Of a stretch of DNA of 49,064 bases, positions 36,319 to 45,719 are shown in pieces. The position numbers and the translations under genes were made by a program. Source of the DNA: Planctomycetota bacterium (GTDB taxonomy: Bacteria > Planctomycetota > Uabimicrobiia > Uabimicrobiales > JABWCH01). The notes under the pieces are model-generated. The model searched no databases, was not told the DNA's origin, and saw only the letters and a program-made list of their open reading frames with translations. Position 1 is the first letter of the stretch, and every line of letters starts with the position of its first letter. The DNA lies in assembly GCA_022710345.1 (NCBI GenBank), contig JAKLHB010000001.1:1-49064 (forward strand). The letters are read 5' to 3'.

Positions 36319-39300
36319 TTATTTCTTTTCCAAAAAATCTTTCACATTTCCCCATTGTTTTAAGCTCACGCTAGGTTGGGCTAATGTGCCGCGAACAGAG
36401 AGGGAAAACAAATCTTGTGTAAGCCCATTCCAAACTTTGTCAATCAATGGGATGCGAGGCAATAAATCCGAGGTAAAATGGGTTAGCAGGGTTAATTCAA
36501 GATTGCCATCAAAATCAACAGTTCCACTGCCCGAAATAGAAATCACGGAAGAGTCAAATCGCAGCGATGTGATGGTGGCTTGATTTTCGAATAGACCTAG
36601 ATTGATTTCGCCTTCTCGAAATGCTGGCCGTGAAGGTAATGAAAAAATGTCTAGCAAAGCCAGGAAGATAGGAAATTGCCAAATGGCCCCATCTTTGAGC
36701 AAAAGATGGCCTTTGCCTGTGAGGGTTTTGCTACTGTGCAAATTTCCTTGGAAAAAAAGTTCACCATTGAGCAAGCCAGACATCGTGGCTTTAGCATTAG
36801 GACCGTCTGCCAGTGCCATTTCTATGCCATTTAAATGGGCATTTTGAGTTGAGATAAAACCCTTATACGCTCCATAAGGGCTGACATCAAAAACTAGGCT
36901 GCCTTGAAAATCACCATCATAAAAAGTGCCTGTCATATTGTGTAAAAATAAGTAATTTTGGAAAAATTGGATTGTACTTTTCCAATTGCGCAAAACCATC
37001 CTTTTAGCTTTGACCATCCCATTGGAAATGCTTCCTTGGATATGGTGTTTGCCTTGGTATGCATATCCTTGTAATTCTACATTGCCTTGGACATGTTGCA
37101 AAAAACCATCGGGTTTCATGGGTGCATCTAAGTTTTGCAATTGCATTTGATATTCAAGGTAATCATCGCCGCCTATATATTGAGATAAGTTCAGTCGAAA
37201 TTGCTGAAGGATTCCTTGAGGTTCCAAGGACTTCATCAAGTCTGGGAAATATTTGGCGATGGCCTGGCGAAGCTCGGAGTCAATTTTTAAATTATATCCA
37301 ACAATGCTTAATTTTAAGCAATTTTTTGCCTTGCTTTTGGTCTCTTGAATAGCATAAAAATTGCCGTTGAACTCTACGGAGCTTTGGTCCCAAACGCCTA
37401 AAATATGATGAAATGCAACTTGGCCATCTGCAACATATACACCAACACGGGGTTTATCTGCGACCACAGTCAAATGGGGGATTCTGTATGGAAATTTTTG
37501 GTATTTCAGGCTGCAACCTTGGGGTAAGATATGAAGCCTTGTTTTTGATTGAGTGCCTTTTTTGAGCATTTTCCAATGGATTGCAATAGGGCCTGTTGGC
37601 TCAAATTCATCCCAAAGTGTTTTATATTCTGACTCCAAGCAACGGTATAATGTAGAGTCTAATTGAATCATCTTGCCTTGGATTTCCAAATCCATTGCTT
37701 CTGGCATCATTTGTCCATGCAATGCAATTTGCCCTGTACCACTTCTAGCCTGCAATGACTTAATTTGGCAATAATCAGGTTTAATCAAAAGCTGAGCCGT
37801 TCCTGCTTCTATAGGATAGGGAAATGGCCGATAGTGCCCTTGTAAATTTGCCAATGCTATGCTCGCCTGCCATTGAATAGGCTGCTGAGGGCTCTGTCTC
37901 TCAAGCGAAATATTGCCGGCCAGCCGGCCAGTACAAGAAAAATCATCCCAAATCTTTTGTACATCTTTGGGCATAGCAAGATAGAGTTCTCGATCCAGTG
38001 ATATTTCGCGAGCTGTTATGTCAAGCAACAGTTTTTTCTGAATCAAGGAGCCTTGTAACTTTACCATGCCTTGCTCTTTAGACCCTGTTAAATCTTTGAA
38101 TTCAAAATGATGGGGTGCTAATTGAAGTTGGCCGTAAATCTTGTGTAAACGATACGGAAATTCACGATAAGCAGCGCTCATGTCTTTGAGTTGAACGCTG
38201 GCATGCCAATCCAATTCTTTGCTTGTGGCTTGCTTCTTTAACTCTACCACTAAGTCCATGCTGCCTCGTGGAGAAAAATCGGTCCAAATCATGCTATATT
38301 CTTTGCCCAAAGCCTTGATTAAATCTAATTCTAAGCCAATATTCGTACCGACCACACGAATTTGGACTTGAAGCCCGACTTTGGGAATAGGAATGATTGC
38401 TCCAGAAATATCCAGCAGTCCTTGGCCTTTGGTCGCTTTGATTCCATTGAAAGTGACTTTTCCACGCTGGAGATGGATTGTTCCCTGGACATTTTCCACA
38501 GCATAAGGAAAGTCTTGGTAGCATACTTTAGCTCGGTTAGGAATCACTAAAACATGGAAAGATGGAGGATCGTAATTGCCACGCGGTTTTTCTACATGGC
38601 CTTGGATACTCACGAGGCCTTGGGGTTTTAGATTATCCCAAACATCTTGAATATCGTGGAGCCATGACTTAGGGTCTTTGTCCAATGCAAAAGCATTATA
38701 AGCTGCTTGGTCTAATACAAGGTCTGTGACCTTAAAATCTATGCTATAGGCTACAGGATAAGGTTTGGTGATAGGCCAAACCTTGCCTTTGACTTCAATT
38801 TGAGCAGGGCAACTTTGACTTTGCGCTGTAATACCATGCAATGTGACGCAATGATTTTCAAAGGACAATTGGGCATTGTGCACAAATGCAGGATATGGAA
38901 CTTCTTCGAAGATTGTTTTGACCTTAGAGCACGTTGCTGTTGCTCTGGGCAATTGTAGCAAAGTTTTTTCAAAAAAGACTTCAGCATTGACTTGCCCTTC
39001 GGGCTGCAATACATCCCATATCTCAGAAATTTCAGGCAAGCTAAGCAGCTCTCGATTTAATATGAGGCCATCTAATTTCAATGAAAATGGTTCTATGATC
39101 TCTAAACTGTCCAAACGAATTTTTGCTGGATTTTGGAGCAATGCGGTTCCTTGCGCCATTTTCCAGTGCATGGCTTTTAAGCACGCAATGTCTGGCAATA
39201 GCTGTGCTTCAAATGCAAAATCTTGGATCAAGAGGCTTTTATATTGAAGTTGGCCTTGTTTGAACCCAACTGCAATATCCCAATCCCAACCTTTTTGAGG

Positions 39301-40485
39301 GGTATGCGAAACCTTGGCATTGACAGCAAATTTGCCTTGTGGTTGGAGCATATCCCAATATAGCTTGAATTGGGGCCAGAAAGAGTAAATCAGAGTCGCC
39401 AAGTTACTATCCAAAGGCAAATCATCGAGCTGCAAACGCACAGAAGATTCTTGGCCTGGCTTTAAAGCACCATCCTGAATTTCAATGGGCCGGCCATTCC
39501 ATAATGCTTTGGCCCAGAAATTACGAATTCGGCCTCGATCTAATCTAAATCCGCTTTGGATATCGGTTAGCTCTAAGCACATATCCTTAGAACAAAAGAT
39601 GCCTTGGGTTTGGCGAAATTGACAATTGAAATGTAAAGATGGATCATCTTGGGCAAGTCCTTCAAATTGGATATTCGCAATTTCAATTTCTCCTTGCAAC
39701 TGGATATGCTCTTGCAGGCGAGTGACTAGTGGGAAGTTGGGGCTAATTTTTGATACAATGGCAGGGATGCTTAAGATACAAGGTTCATTGGCCTGAATGA
39801 GCAATTTATCGCTTGGGTTATACTTGCCTTGGAAATGGATATCTCCTGTCAAATCGCTTTGCAATGTGACAGAGATTTCATACTCTCCTAAGCTTTGATC
39901 TGCTTTATGATGGCGCAGAGAAAGCCCAATATTGCGGATGCTAAAAGCTTCCTTTAAGATGTCCGATGCCTCAATACTGATGACTCCACCTTGAATTTTC
40001 CATATCACGCCAGGGTCAAAAAATGCCTGAGCTTCTTGAATGGCTTGATCCACCTTTACTTTGAGTGGCAGAGTTGGCAAAAGCCCGTTAGTTCCTGCGG
40101 CCGTAGTTTCAGTCTGTGAGGCACTCAACAATCTAGTCCAATTCAACCTACCTGCTGCATCTCGTTCTACATGAACATAAGGTTCAACTATAGTAATGCT
40201 TTGTATTTTAGGTTTTCCGAAAAAATCTAGGCTTACTTCTATGCTGCGAACCGACAATAATTCTTGTCCATTTCCATGCAAGAGTACAAAATCGTGTAAA
40301 GAAAAATTCTGTTGTAACCACGAAATTTCCCAATTCCCTCGCCATAGTAATGGCTCTTGAACTTTTGTGCCTAATTCTATGGCGCTGGTATATACAGCGC
40401 TATAAAGCCAATAAGAAATTCCAAAATAGATTAGTCCTAAAAAAAACAACCCGCTCAACAACGATTTTTTTTTGCGAAAAAACAT
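36319..40485 (-). CDS. Giant AsmA/TamB-like envelope protein (1388 aa)
   Basis: N-terminal anchor SLLSGLFFLGLIYFGISYWLY. The AsmA-like C-terminal region ends ...LSVRGTLAQPSVSLKQ. Internal modules of about 110-130 aa are repeated. Confidence 0.65.
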   Translation of the reverse strand: MFFRKKKSLLSGLFFLGLIYFGISYWLYSAVYTSAIELGTKVQEPLLWRGNWEISWLQQNFSLHDFVLLHGNGQELLSVRSIEVSLDFFGKPKIQSITIVEPYVHVERDAAGRLNWTRLLSASQTETTAAGTNGLLPTLPLKVKVDQAIQEAQAFFDPGVIWKIQGGVISIEASDILKEAFSIRNIGLSLRHHKADQSLGEYEISVTLQSDLTGDIHFQGKYNPSDKLLIQANEPCILSIPAIVSKISPNFPLVTRLQEHIQLQGEIEIANIQFEGLAQDDPSLHFNCQFRQTQGIFCSKDMCLELTDIQSGFRLDRGRIRNFWAKALWNGRPIEIQDGALKPGQESSVRLQLDDLPLDSNLATLIYSFWPQFKLYWDMLQPQGKFAVNAKVSHTPQKGWDWDIAVGFKQGQLQYKSLLIQDFAFEAQLLPDIACLKAMHWKMAQGTALLQNPAKIRLDSLEIIEPFSLKLDGLILNRELLSLPEISEIWDVLQPEGQVNAEVFFEKTLLQLPRATATCSKVKTIFEEVPYPAFVHNAQLSFENHCVTLHGITAQSQSCPAQIEVKGKVWPITKPYPVAYSIDFKVTDLVLDQAAYNAFALDKDPKSWLHDIQDVWDNLKPQGLVSIQGHVEKPRGNYDPPSFHVLVIPNRAKVCYQDFPYAVENVQGTIHLQRGKVTFNGIKATKGQGLLDISGAIIPIPKVGLQVQIRVVGTNIGLELDLIKALGKEYSMIWTDFSPRGSMDLVVELKKQATSKELDWHASVQLKDMSAAYREFPYRLHKIYGQLQLAPHHFEFKDLTGSKEQGMVKLQGSLIQKKLLLDITAREISLDRELYLAMPKDVQKIWDDFSCTGRLAGNISLERQSPQQPIQWQASIALANLQGHYRPFPYPIEAGTAQLLIKPDYCQIKSLQARSGTGQIALHGQMMPEAMDLEIQGKMIQLDSTLYRCLESEYKTLWDEFEPTGPIAIHWKMLKKGTQSKTRLHILPQGCSLKYQKFPYRIPHLTVVADKPRVGVYVADGQVAFHHILGVWDQSSVEFNGNFYAIQETKSKAKNCLKLSIVGYNLKIDSELRQAIAKYFPDLMKSLEPQGILQQFRLNLSQYIGGDDYLEYQMQLQNLDAPMKPDGFLQHVQGNVELQGYAYQGKHHIQGSISNGMVKAKRMVLRNWKSTIQFFQNYLFLHNMTGTFYDGDFQGSLVFDVSPYGAYKGFISTQNAHLNGIEMALADGPNAKATMSGLLNGELFFQGNLHSSKTLTGKGHLLLKDGAIWQFPIFLALLDIFSLPSRPAFREGEINLGLFENQATITSLRFDSSVISISGSGTVDFDGNLELTLLTHFTSDLLPRIPLIDKVWNGLTQDLFSLSVRGTLAQPSVSLKQWGNVKDFLEKK

Positions 40486-40511
40486 AATCGTTATCCCTTG
40501 ATTTAGTTTTG

Positions 40512-41459
40512 CTATAACGGATTGGGAGGAGCCAATTTGGTATCCTGATCATGCACTTCCCAAATTTGTTTGGCACTGATCACAATATCGTCAAAATTTG
40601 TTTGGCTATTTGCAGATATCCAATGAATTGGAAATCGTTTTAGCCAAGTAAGTTGGCGTTTTGCAAAACGTCGCGTATTTTGCTTGATCTTAGGAATGAG
40701 ATCGTTCATCAGGGATGAATCATGGAGAGCAGCGATCGTTTCTTTATACCCGATAGCTTGGGACGCAGTGTGGGACAGAGGATAAGGTAGTGCTAGGAGC
40801 CGCTGAGTTTCAGCAATAAGGCCATTTTGAATCATTTGATCAACTCGCTGTTCGATTCGGTCATATAAGGCTTGCCTTTCCCAAGCCAAGCCAATGAAGC
40901 AAGGTGCATAGAGTGCAGGGGGATTAGTGCATTGTTTTTGCCAAAGAGAGATTGGTTTGCCAGTGCTATAAAAAACCTCTAATCCACGAATGATGCGCCT
41001 TAGATCGTGACAAGAAATTTTTTGGGCAGAAACTGGGTCTATTTGACATAACCTCTGGTATAATTCTTGAGGATATTCTTTGGCTAGAGAGTTTCTGAGT
41101 GCCCAATTGGCTGGTGGTCCGTCAAAAATGCCCTCTAAAAGTCCTTTGACATATAATGCAGTTCCGCCCACCATCAAGACAGTTTTACCACGCTGATGAA
41201 TTGCCGCAATTGTTGCTGCAGCATCCTCTATAAACATCCCCACACTATATGATTCCCAAGGATCACAAATATCAATCAAATGATATGGTGTACAGCGTTC
41301 TTCTGCAGAAGGTTTAGCAGTCCCAATATCCATCCCGCGATATATTGCCATAGAATCTGCAGATATAATTTCTGATTCAAAGTGTTTAGCTAATTCTGTG
41401 GCTAGTTTTGTTTTGCCACTAGCAGTAGGGCCAAATAAAATCAAAAGTGGAATGGTCAT
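40512..41459 (-). CDS. miaA: tRNA dimethylallyltransferase
   Basis: LILFGPTASGKTKLA P-loop, SADSMAIYRGMDIGTAKP, and length and architecture typical of MiaA. Confidence 0.95.
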   Translation of the reverse strand: MTIPLLILFGPTASGKTKLATELAKHFESEIISADSMAIYRGMDIGTAKPSAEERCTPYHLIDICDPWESYSVGMFIEDAAATIAAIHQRGKTVLMVGGTALYVKGLLEGIFDGPPANWALRNSLAKEYPQELYQRLCQIDPVSAQKISCHDLRRIIRGLEVFYSTGKPISLWQKQCTNPPALYAPCFIGLAWERQALYDRIEQRVDQMIQNGLIAETQRLLALPYPLSHTASQAIGYKETIAALHDSSLMNDLIPKIKQNTRRFAKRQLTWLKRFPIHWISANSQTNFDDIVISAKQIWEVHDQDTKLAPPNPL

Positions 41460-41503
41460 CTCACAATCTGCTTTAAAAAATTCAAGTATAACTTGCCATA
41501 TTG

Positions 41504-41555
41504 AAAAAAACTGTTTGAACCAAATGATGGATACATTTTGATTTGGTTCAAACAG
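41504..41555 (-). terminator. Rho-independent terminator after rny
   Basis: 15-bp perfect stem ctgtttgaaccaaat / atttggttcaaacag, followed on the minus strand by ttttttt. Confidence 0.75.
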
Positions 41556-41579
41556 CAGTAAAATGAAAGGAGATATTCG

Positions 41580-43127
41580 TTATTTAGCATATTCGATGAT
41601 GCGAGTCTCTCGTACCACAGTCACCTTGATTTCTCCAGGATAGGTCATTTCTTCTTCAATTTTTTGAGCTATTTTACGAGCCAATAAGATTGCTTTGTTA
41701 TCGTCTAACTGTGTGGCATTGACAATGCAACGCACTTCTCTACCAGATTGAATAGCATACGCAAAGTCAACACCTTGGAAAGATAACGCAATATCTTCTA
41801 AACGTTGGAGACGTTTTAGATGCCGATCTAGTGCAATTTTGCGTGCACCAGGACGATCTAAACAAATAGTATGTGCTATTTGCAAGAGCACTGCATAGAG
41901 AGAACGCGCAGGCACATTTTCATGATGAGCGGCAACAGCATTGACCACATCTGCATGTTCTTTGCAGCGTTTTGCAATGTCTGCGCCTACTTGAGCATGA
42001 TTGCCTTCTTGTGTTTCATCACTCACACGGCCGATGTCATGAAGTAAAGCACATCGCCGAGCAAGTGAAATATCGAGATTCAGTTCTCCAGCCATAATTG
42101 CGGTTAGTTGTACGACTTCCATAGTGTGTTGCAATAAGTTTTGGCCACTCACTAGATGGAATTTCATCTTACCAACTAATTCTATCTCTACAGTTTGAAG
42201 GTGGGTAACACCTGCATCATACGCAGCCTGATTGCCAGTCTCCATGATAATGGCAGCCATTTCCTTTTTGGTACTTTCGACCACTTCCTCAATTCTGCCA
42301 GGATGAATACGTCCATCCAGAATGAGTTTTTCCATGGATTTACGAGCAATTTCTCTGCGTACGGCATTAAATCCAGATACCACCACCACACCGGGAGTAT
42401 CGTCCACAATCACATCAATGCCAGTGTTTTTTTCAAATACCCTAATATTACGGCCTTCACGGCCAATAATCCTGCCTTTCATTTCGTCATTCGGGATATC
42501 AATTGTGGAAACCACATTGTCTGCTGTATGTTCTACAGCGCAACGTTGTACTGCCAAAGCCAAAATATCTCTGGCTTTGCGTGCTGCATCCATTCTGGCA
42601 CGAGCCATTGTTTTTTCAATCAAATGAGCGACATCACTTTCCATCTGTTCTTCAAGCTTTTTGAGCAAAATTTCAGTGGCTTGCTCTTTGGAAAGGCCAG
42701 AAATTTCATGCAAAGTGCGTTGTTCTTGCTCTATAATTGTCTCAATCTCGTGGGAACGGTCTTGAACTTGTTTGCTTTCTTGCTCCAGGTGTTCCTTGAG
42801 TTGAGTAAGTTGCTGATCTCGTTTTTCTAATTGCACAGCACGTTCATTTAAAGTTTCCTCTTTTTGCATAAGTCGTTTTTCGACCACGCGTAGTTCTTTG
42901 CGGACGGCTGACATCTCGGCTTCGAATGCTTCCTTTTTTTTGAAAATTTCATCTCTTGCTGCAAGTTCACATTCTTTTAGCAATTGTTCGGCTTCTTTTT
43001 GCGCTTCTTCAATGATTGTTGCAGCATCATGTTTAGCATTGCGTTCCATGATCCTAGACCATAAAACGCGAAGCACAAAGCCTAAGATTAAGCCAGCCAT
43101 GCCGATAGCTAGATGAATCAAATCCAC
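41580..43127 (-). CDS. rny: Ribonuclease Y
   Basis: N-terminal TM helix, coiled coil, KH domain (GRIIGREGRNIR), HD domain (LLHDIGR...AAHH). Confidence 0.95.
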   Translation of the reverse strand: MDLIHLAIGMAGLILGFVLRVLWSRIMERNAKHDAATIIEEAQKEAEQLLKECELAARDEIFKKKEAFEAEMSAVRKELRVVEKRLMQKEETLNERAVQLEKRDQQLTQLKEHLEQESKQVQDRSHEIETIIEQEQRTLHEISGLSKEQATEILLKKLEEQMESDVAHLIEKTMARARMDAARKARDILALAVQRCAVEHTADNVVSTIDIPNDEMKGRIIGREGRNIRVFEKNTGIDVIVDDTPGVVVVSGFNAVRREIARKSMEKLILDGRIHPGRIEEVVESTKKEMAAIIMETGNQAAYDAGVTHLQTVEIELVGKMKFHLVSGQNLLQHTMEVVQLTAIMAGELNLDISLARRCALLHDIGRVSDETQEGNHAQVGADIAKRCKEHADVVNAVAAHHENVPARSLYAVLLQIAHTICLDRPGARKIALDRHLKRLQRLEDIALSFQGVDFAYAIQSGREVRCIVNATQLDDNKAILLARKIAQKIEEEMTYPGEIKVTVVRETRIIEYAK

Positions 43128-43424
43128 TGTCTCTCCTTTCTTGATTTATGGAACGTGAAAAGTGGATTTGGTTGTTTTAGAGAATATATACCATACATTA
43201 TGGCAAAATCAACAAAATTTTGACAGGAATCTTGATATGCTCAAAAGGATGCCTAAAAATATCTGAGCATAATATAACATTTATTTTTTTTAGTCTTTAT
43301 TCACCATATAGTTAGAATTTTACATAAAATTTTGTTGTAATTTATTGGGAGCCGGATTAGAATTTTAGCAAATTTTTTGAGCAAAAATTTGCTTAAAATG
43401 TTTAGAATATTGCAAAGGATTTTT

Positions 43425-44768
43425 ATGGAAAATATCCAAGGAAAAAATATATCCCCTGGAACAAATAGTGAACCTGTTGCAGTAGAAGAACATACTGATG
43501 GCATGCAACTTGCTTTAAGCAATTTGCTTCAACCCAATGCTTCTCCAGATGATATACCTCAACTGAAAGCTGCAAAAAAATTTGGAGTTTTATTTATTCT
43601 TCTGAAAGAATTGTCTAAATCAAACTTAACAAATTTTTGGGTAAAAATTGCAATTCTCCTATTATTTTCTCAAGAAACAAATAAAACAGCCTGGACATCC
43701 CAGGAATTAGACCAAGACTTACATTGGCTGCAAAAAGAAGCGCGAAGTAGAATTATATCCCAATTAGTCAAAACCAATTGGCTTATTTTTCAAGATAGCA
43801 CATACCAGATGTCTGCTTTAGGAAAAAGTCTTTTGACTATGTTAGTTGGTCTAATGGATCGAGAAAATACCCAAGATTCGTTAGATACAAGTATCTCTTC
43901 ACTTACCTTGGCCGAAATTTCCCAAAGTGACCCGACAAATACATTGCGCATGTTCTTAAACGAACTCACCAGAATTGATCAGGAAATTCAGAGCACATTG
44001 GAGAGTAAATCCGAGCATCATCTGAGAAAAGCCAGCAGCAGGATTCGTAACCAATTTAGCGTTGCGATTAAATCCAGAGAGCATCTCGAAAATCTCCCAA
44101 CGAATGATTTTAATACATATCGCTTGAAACAAGAAGTGCACGAAAGACTTTCGGCATTTCACGCGCGGCTCTCACAGATTCAACGAGCACAAAATGATAT
44201 GATTGCACGCAAAATCATTTTAGCCGATCAATCCTTGACTCAACACGATATTGCAGAATTTTTGGTCAATGCAGATATGAAAGATTTGGTGAGACTAGGG
44301 AAAAAGGCCATCAGTTATCCGGTGAATGTACTAGATTTTGTGCCGCAGCTTATGGTCTATGAAACAGAATGGTATCTTGAAAAAGAGCGGAGTAAAGATG
44401 AGAGACGCGGTTGGACTGAAATGGAATTGGCCAACGAAAGTCAAGATCGCCTTGTCACATATAGTCGCTTCCTCCAGTTCACAGGAGAGGTGAATCATGC
44501 GTTGAGCCGATCTTCAGAACTCATTATTGAACAATTTATTCCATACGAAAATTGGACAACTTCAGCGTTTCGATTTTGCATGCTTTCAGTTTTGGAAAGC
44601 GGAGAAGTACCTGCAAATTTGGTGGCAGACGAAGCTGTAGCGTGCCCTAAACTCAAAGTTGCAGAACCAGACGGAGTATCTACTGCAGTATTAAATGACG
44701 ATATCACAGGCGTAAAAGAAATCACACGCGGCATTGTGACTGCTGTCCATGTTGAGGGAAAAAAATAA
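43425..44768 (+). CDS. Kleisin-like subunit candidate (MksF/JetA-like) of an SMC-type complex
   Basis: Call rests on position (first of three coupled genes before an SMC-like ATPase), size of about 447 aa, and a winged-helix-like segment (TSQELDQDLHWLQKEARSRIISQLVKTNWLI). The start is uncertain (TTG 43377 / ATG 43398 / ATG 43425 with an aaagga RBS). Confidence 0.5.
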   Translation: MENIQGKNISPGTNSEPVAVEEHTDGMQLALSNLLQPNASPDDIPQLKAAKKFGVLFILLKELSKSNLTNFWVKIAILLLFSQETNKTAWTSQELDQDLHWLQKEARSRIISQLVKTNWLIFQDSTYQMSALGKSLLTMLVGLMDRENTQDSLDTSISSLTLAEISQSDPTNTLRMFLNELTRIDQEIQSTLESKSEHHLRKASSRIRNQFSVAIKSREHLENLPTNDFNTYRLKQEVHERLSAFHARLSQIQRAQNDMIARKIILADQSLTQHDIAEFLVNADMKDLVRLGKKAISYPVNVLDFVPQLMVYETEWYLEKERSKDERRGWTEMELANESQDRLVTYSRFLQFTGEVNHALSRSSELIIEQFIPYENWTTSAFRFCMLSVLESGEVPANLVADEAVACPKLKVAEPDGVSTAVLNDDITGVKEITRGIVTAVHVEGKK

Positions 44769-45550
44769 TGGATACATTAGAAAAAGAAGCTAGTTTAATT
44801 TGTGCACGATTGCTCAGGCGAGGATACATCAAAAAAAATGAGATTCCTCAGCTCGAGCTCAATGAGCGATTGCGCCGTGCAGTGCAAGAACGTTTTCAGC
44901 AAACCGGTGTTCAGTTGGTCTCTAATTCATCCTCATTATATTATGCTGTCCGCTTCTTGCCTGAAGTCCAAGAATCATTTGAAACAACCGATAGTTTTGG
45001 CCTCAAAGCCAATGAAATCGCCATGCTCGTAGTTTTGTGGTGTAAATTGATTTTGCCAAAACGCTTGAGTTTGGGAAATGCAAGCGCTACTCCTACAATG
45101 CCCAAAGAAGCAACCGTGAAGCCCAATCCAGTAGAACAACCAAGCAATGGAAATGGCAAAGATGAAGAAGACGATTTGCCAGGCGCAAATAAGTACTTTG
45201 TCAAAGTCGAAGAACTATTTGCTGAATTTAAGTCTCAGTTTGCTTCGCGAAATTTCTTTAGCACAACGCTGAGCCGTTTGAGCAATCTCAAATTCATCCG
45301 TATTCGCGATGAAATCATCAGTGAAGGAATTTTGCTGGATCTTTTGATTGACGGCAATCAGATGGCCATGGAAATCAAGCGATCTGCCTTAGCATATAAA
45401 ATTGCTGGACTTGGAGAAGACGAAGAACTAGATGAGGAAGGCGAGACAGAAATTTTGGACGAAGAACCAGCAAATATCGAAGTTGGAACCACAGAGAGTA
45501 CAGATACCAGAAAACCAGTTGACAACAGCATCAGCACAGGAAAAGCGTAA
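44768..45550 (+). CDS. KITE-like subunit candidate (MksE/JetB-like) with an acidic C-terminus
   Basis: The TAATG overlap with the upstream gene suggests translational coupling. 260 aa. Acidic tail GEDEELDEEGETEILDEE. Family assignment is by context only. Confidence 0.45.
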   Translation: MDTLEKEASLICARLLRRGYIKKNEIPQLELNERLRRAVQERFQQTGVQLVSNSSSLYYAVRFLPEVQESFETTDSFGLKANEIAMLVVLWCKLILPKRLSLGNASATPTMPKEATVKPNPVEQPSNGNGKDEEDDLPGANKYFVKVEELFAEFKSQFASRNFFSTTLSRLSNLKFIRIRDEIISEGILLDLLIDGNQMAMEIKRSALAYKIAGLGEDEELDEEGETEILDEEPANIEVGTTESTDTRKPVDNSISTGKA

Positions 45551-45675
45551 AGTGTCCGATACCGCTTTGCTACTGATTAGCCTTTTTGGGGAAACTCCCA
45601 AAATTCGCTATCTTGAACTTTTCCAATCTTTTGTACCTCTGCAAGCCGCGTTCTATCAAATCAATCAGCGATCTT

Positions 45676-45701
45676 GAGCGAAGCTCAGCTTCGCTCTTTT
45701 T
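45676..45701 (+). terminator. Terminator-like hairpin 19 nt upstream of the SMC-like gene start
   Basis: gagcgaagc-tca-gcttcgctc followed by ttttt. Confidence 0.45.
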
Positions 45702-45719
45702 ATTCAATAAGGGAAATCT

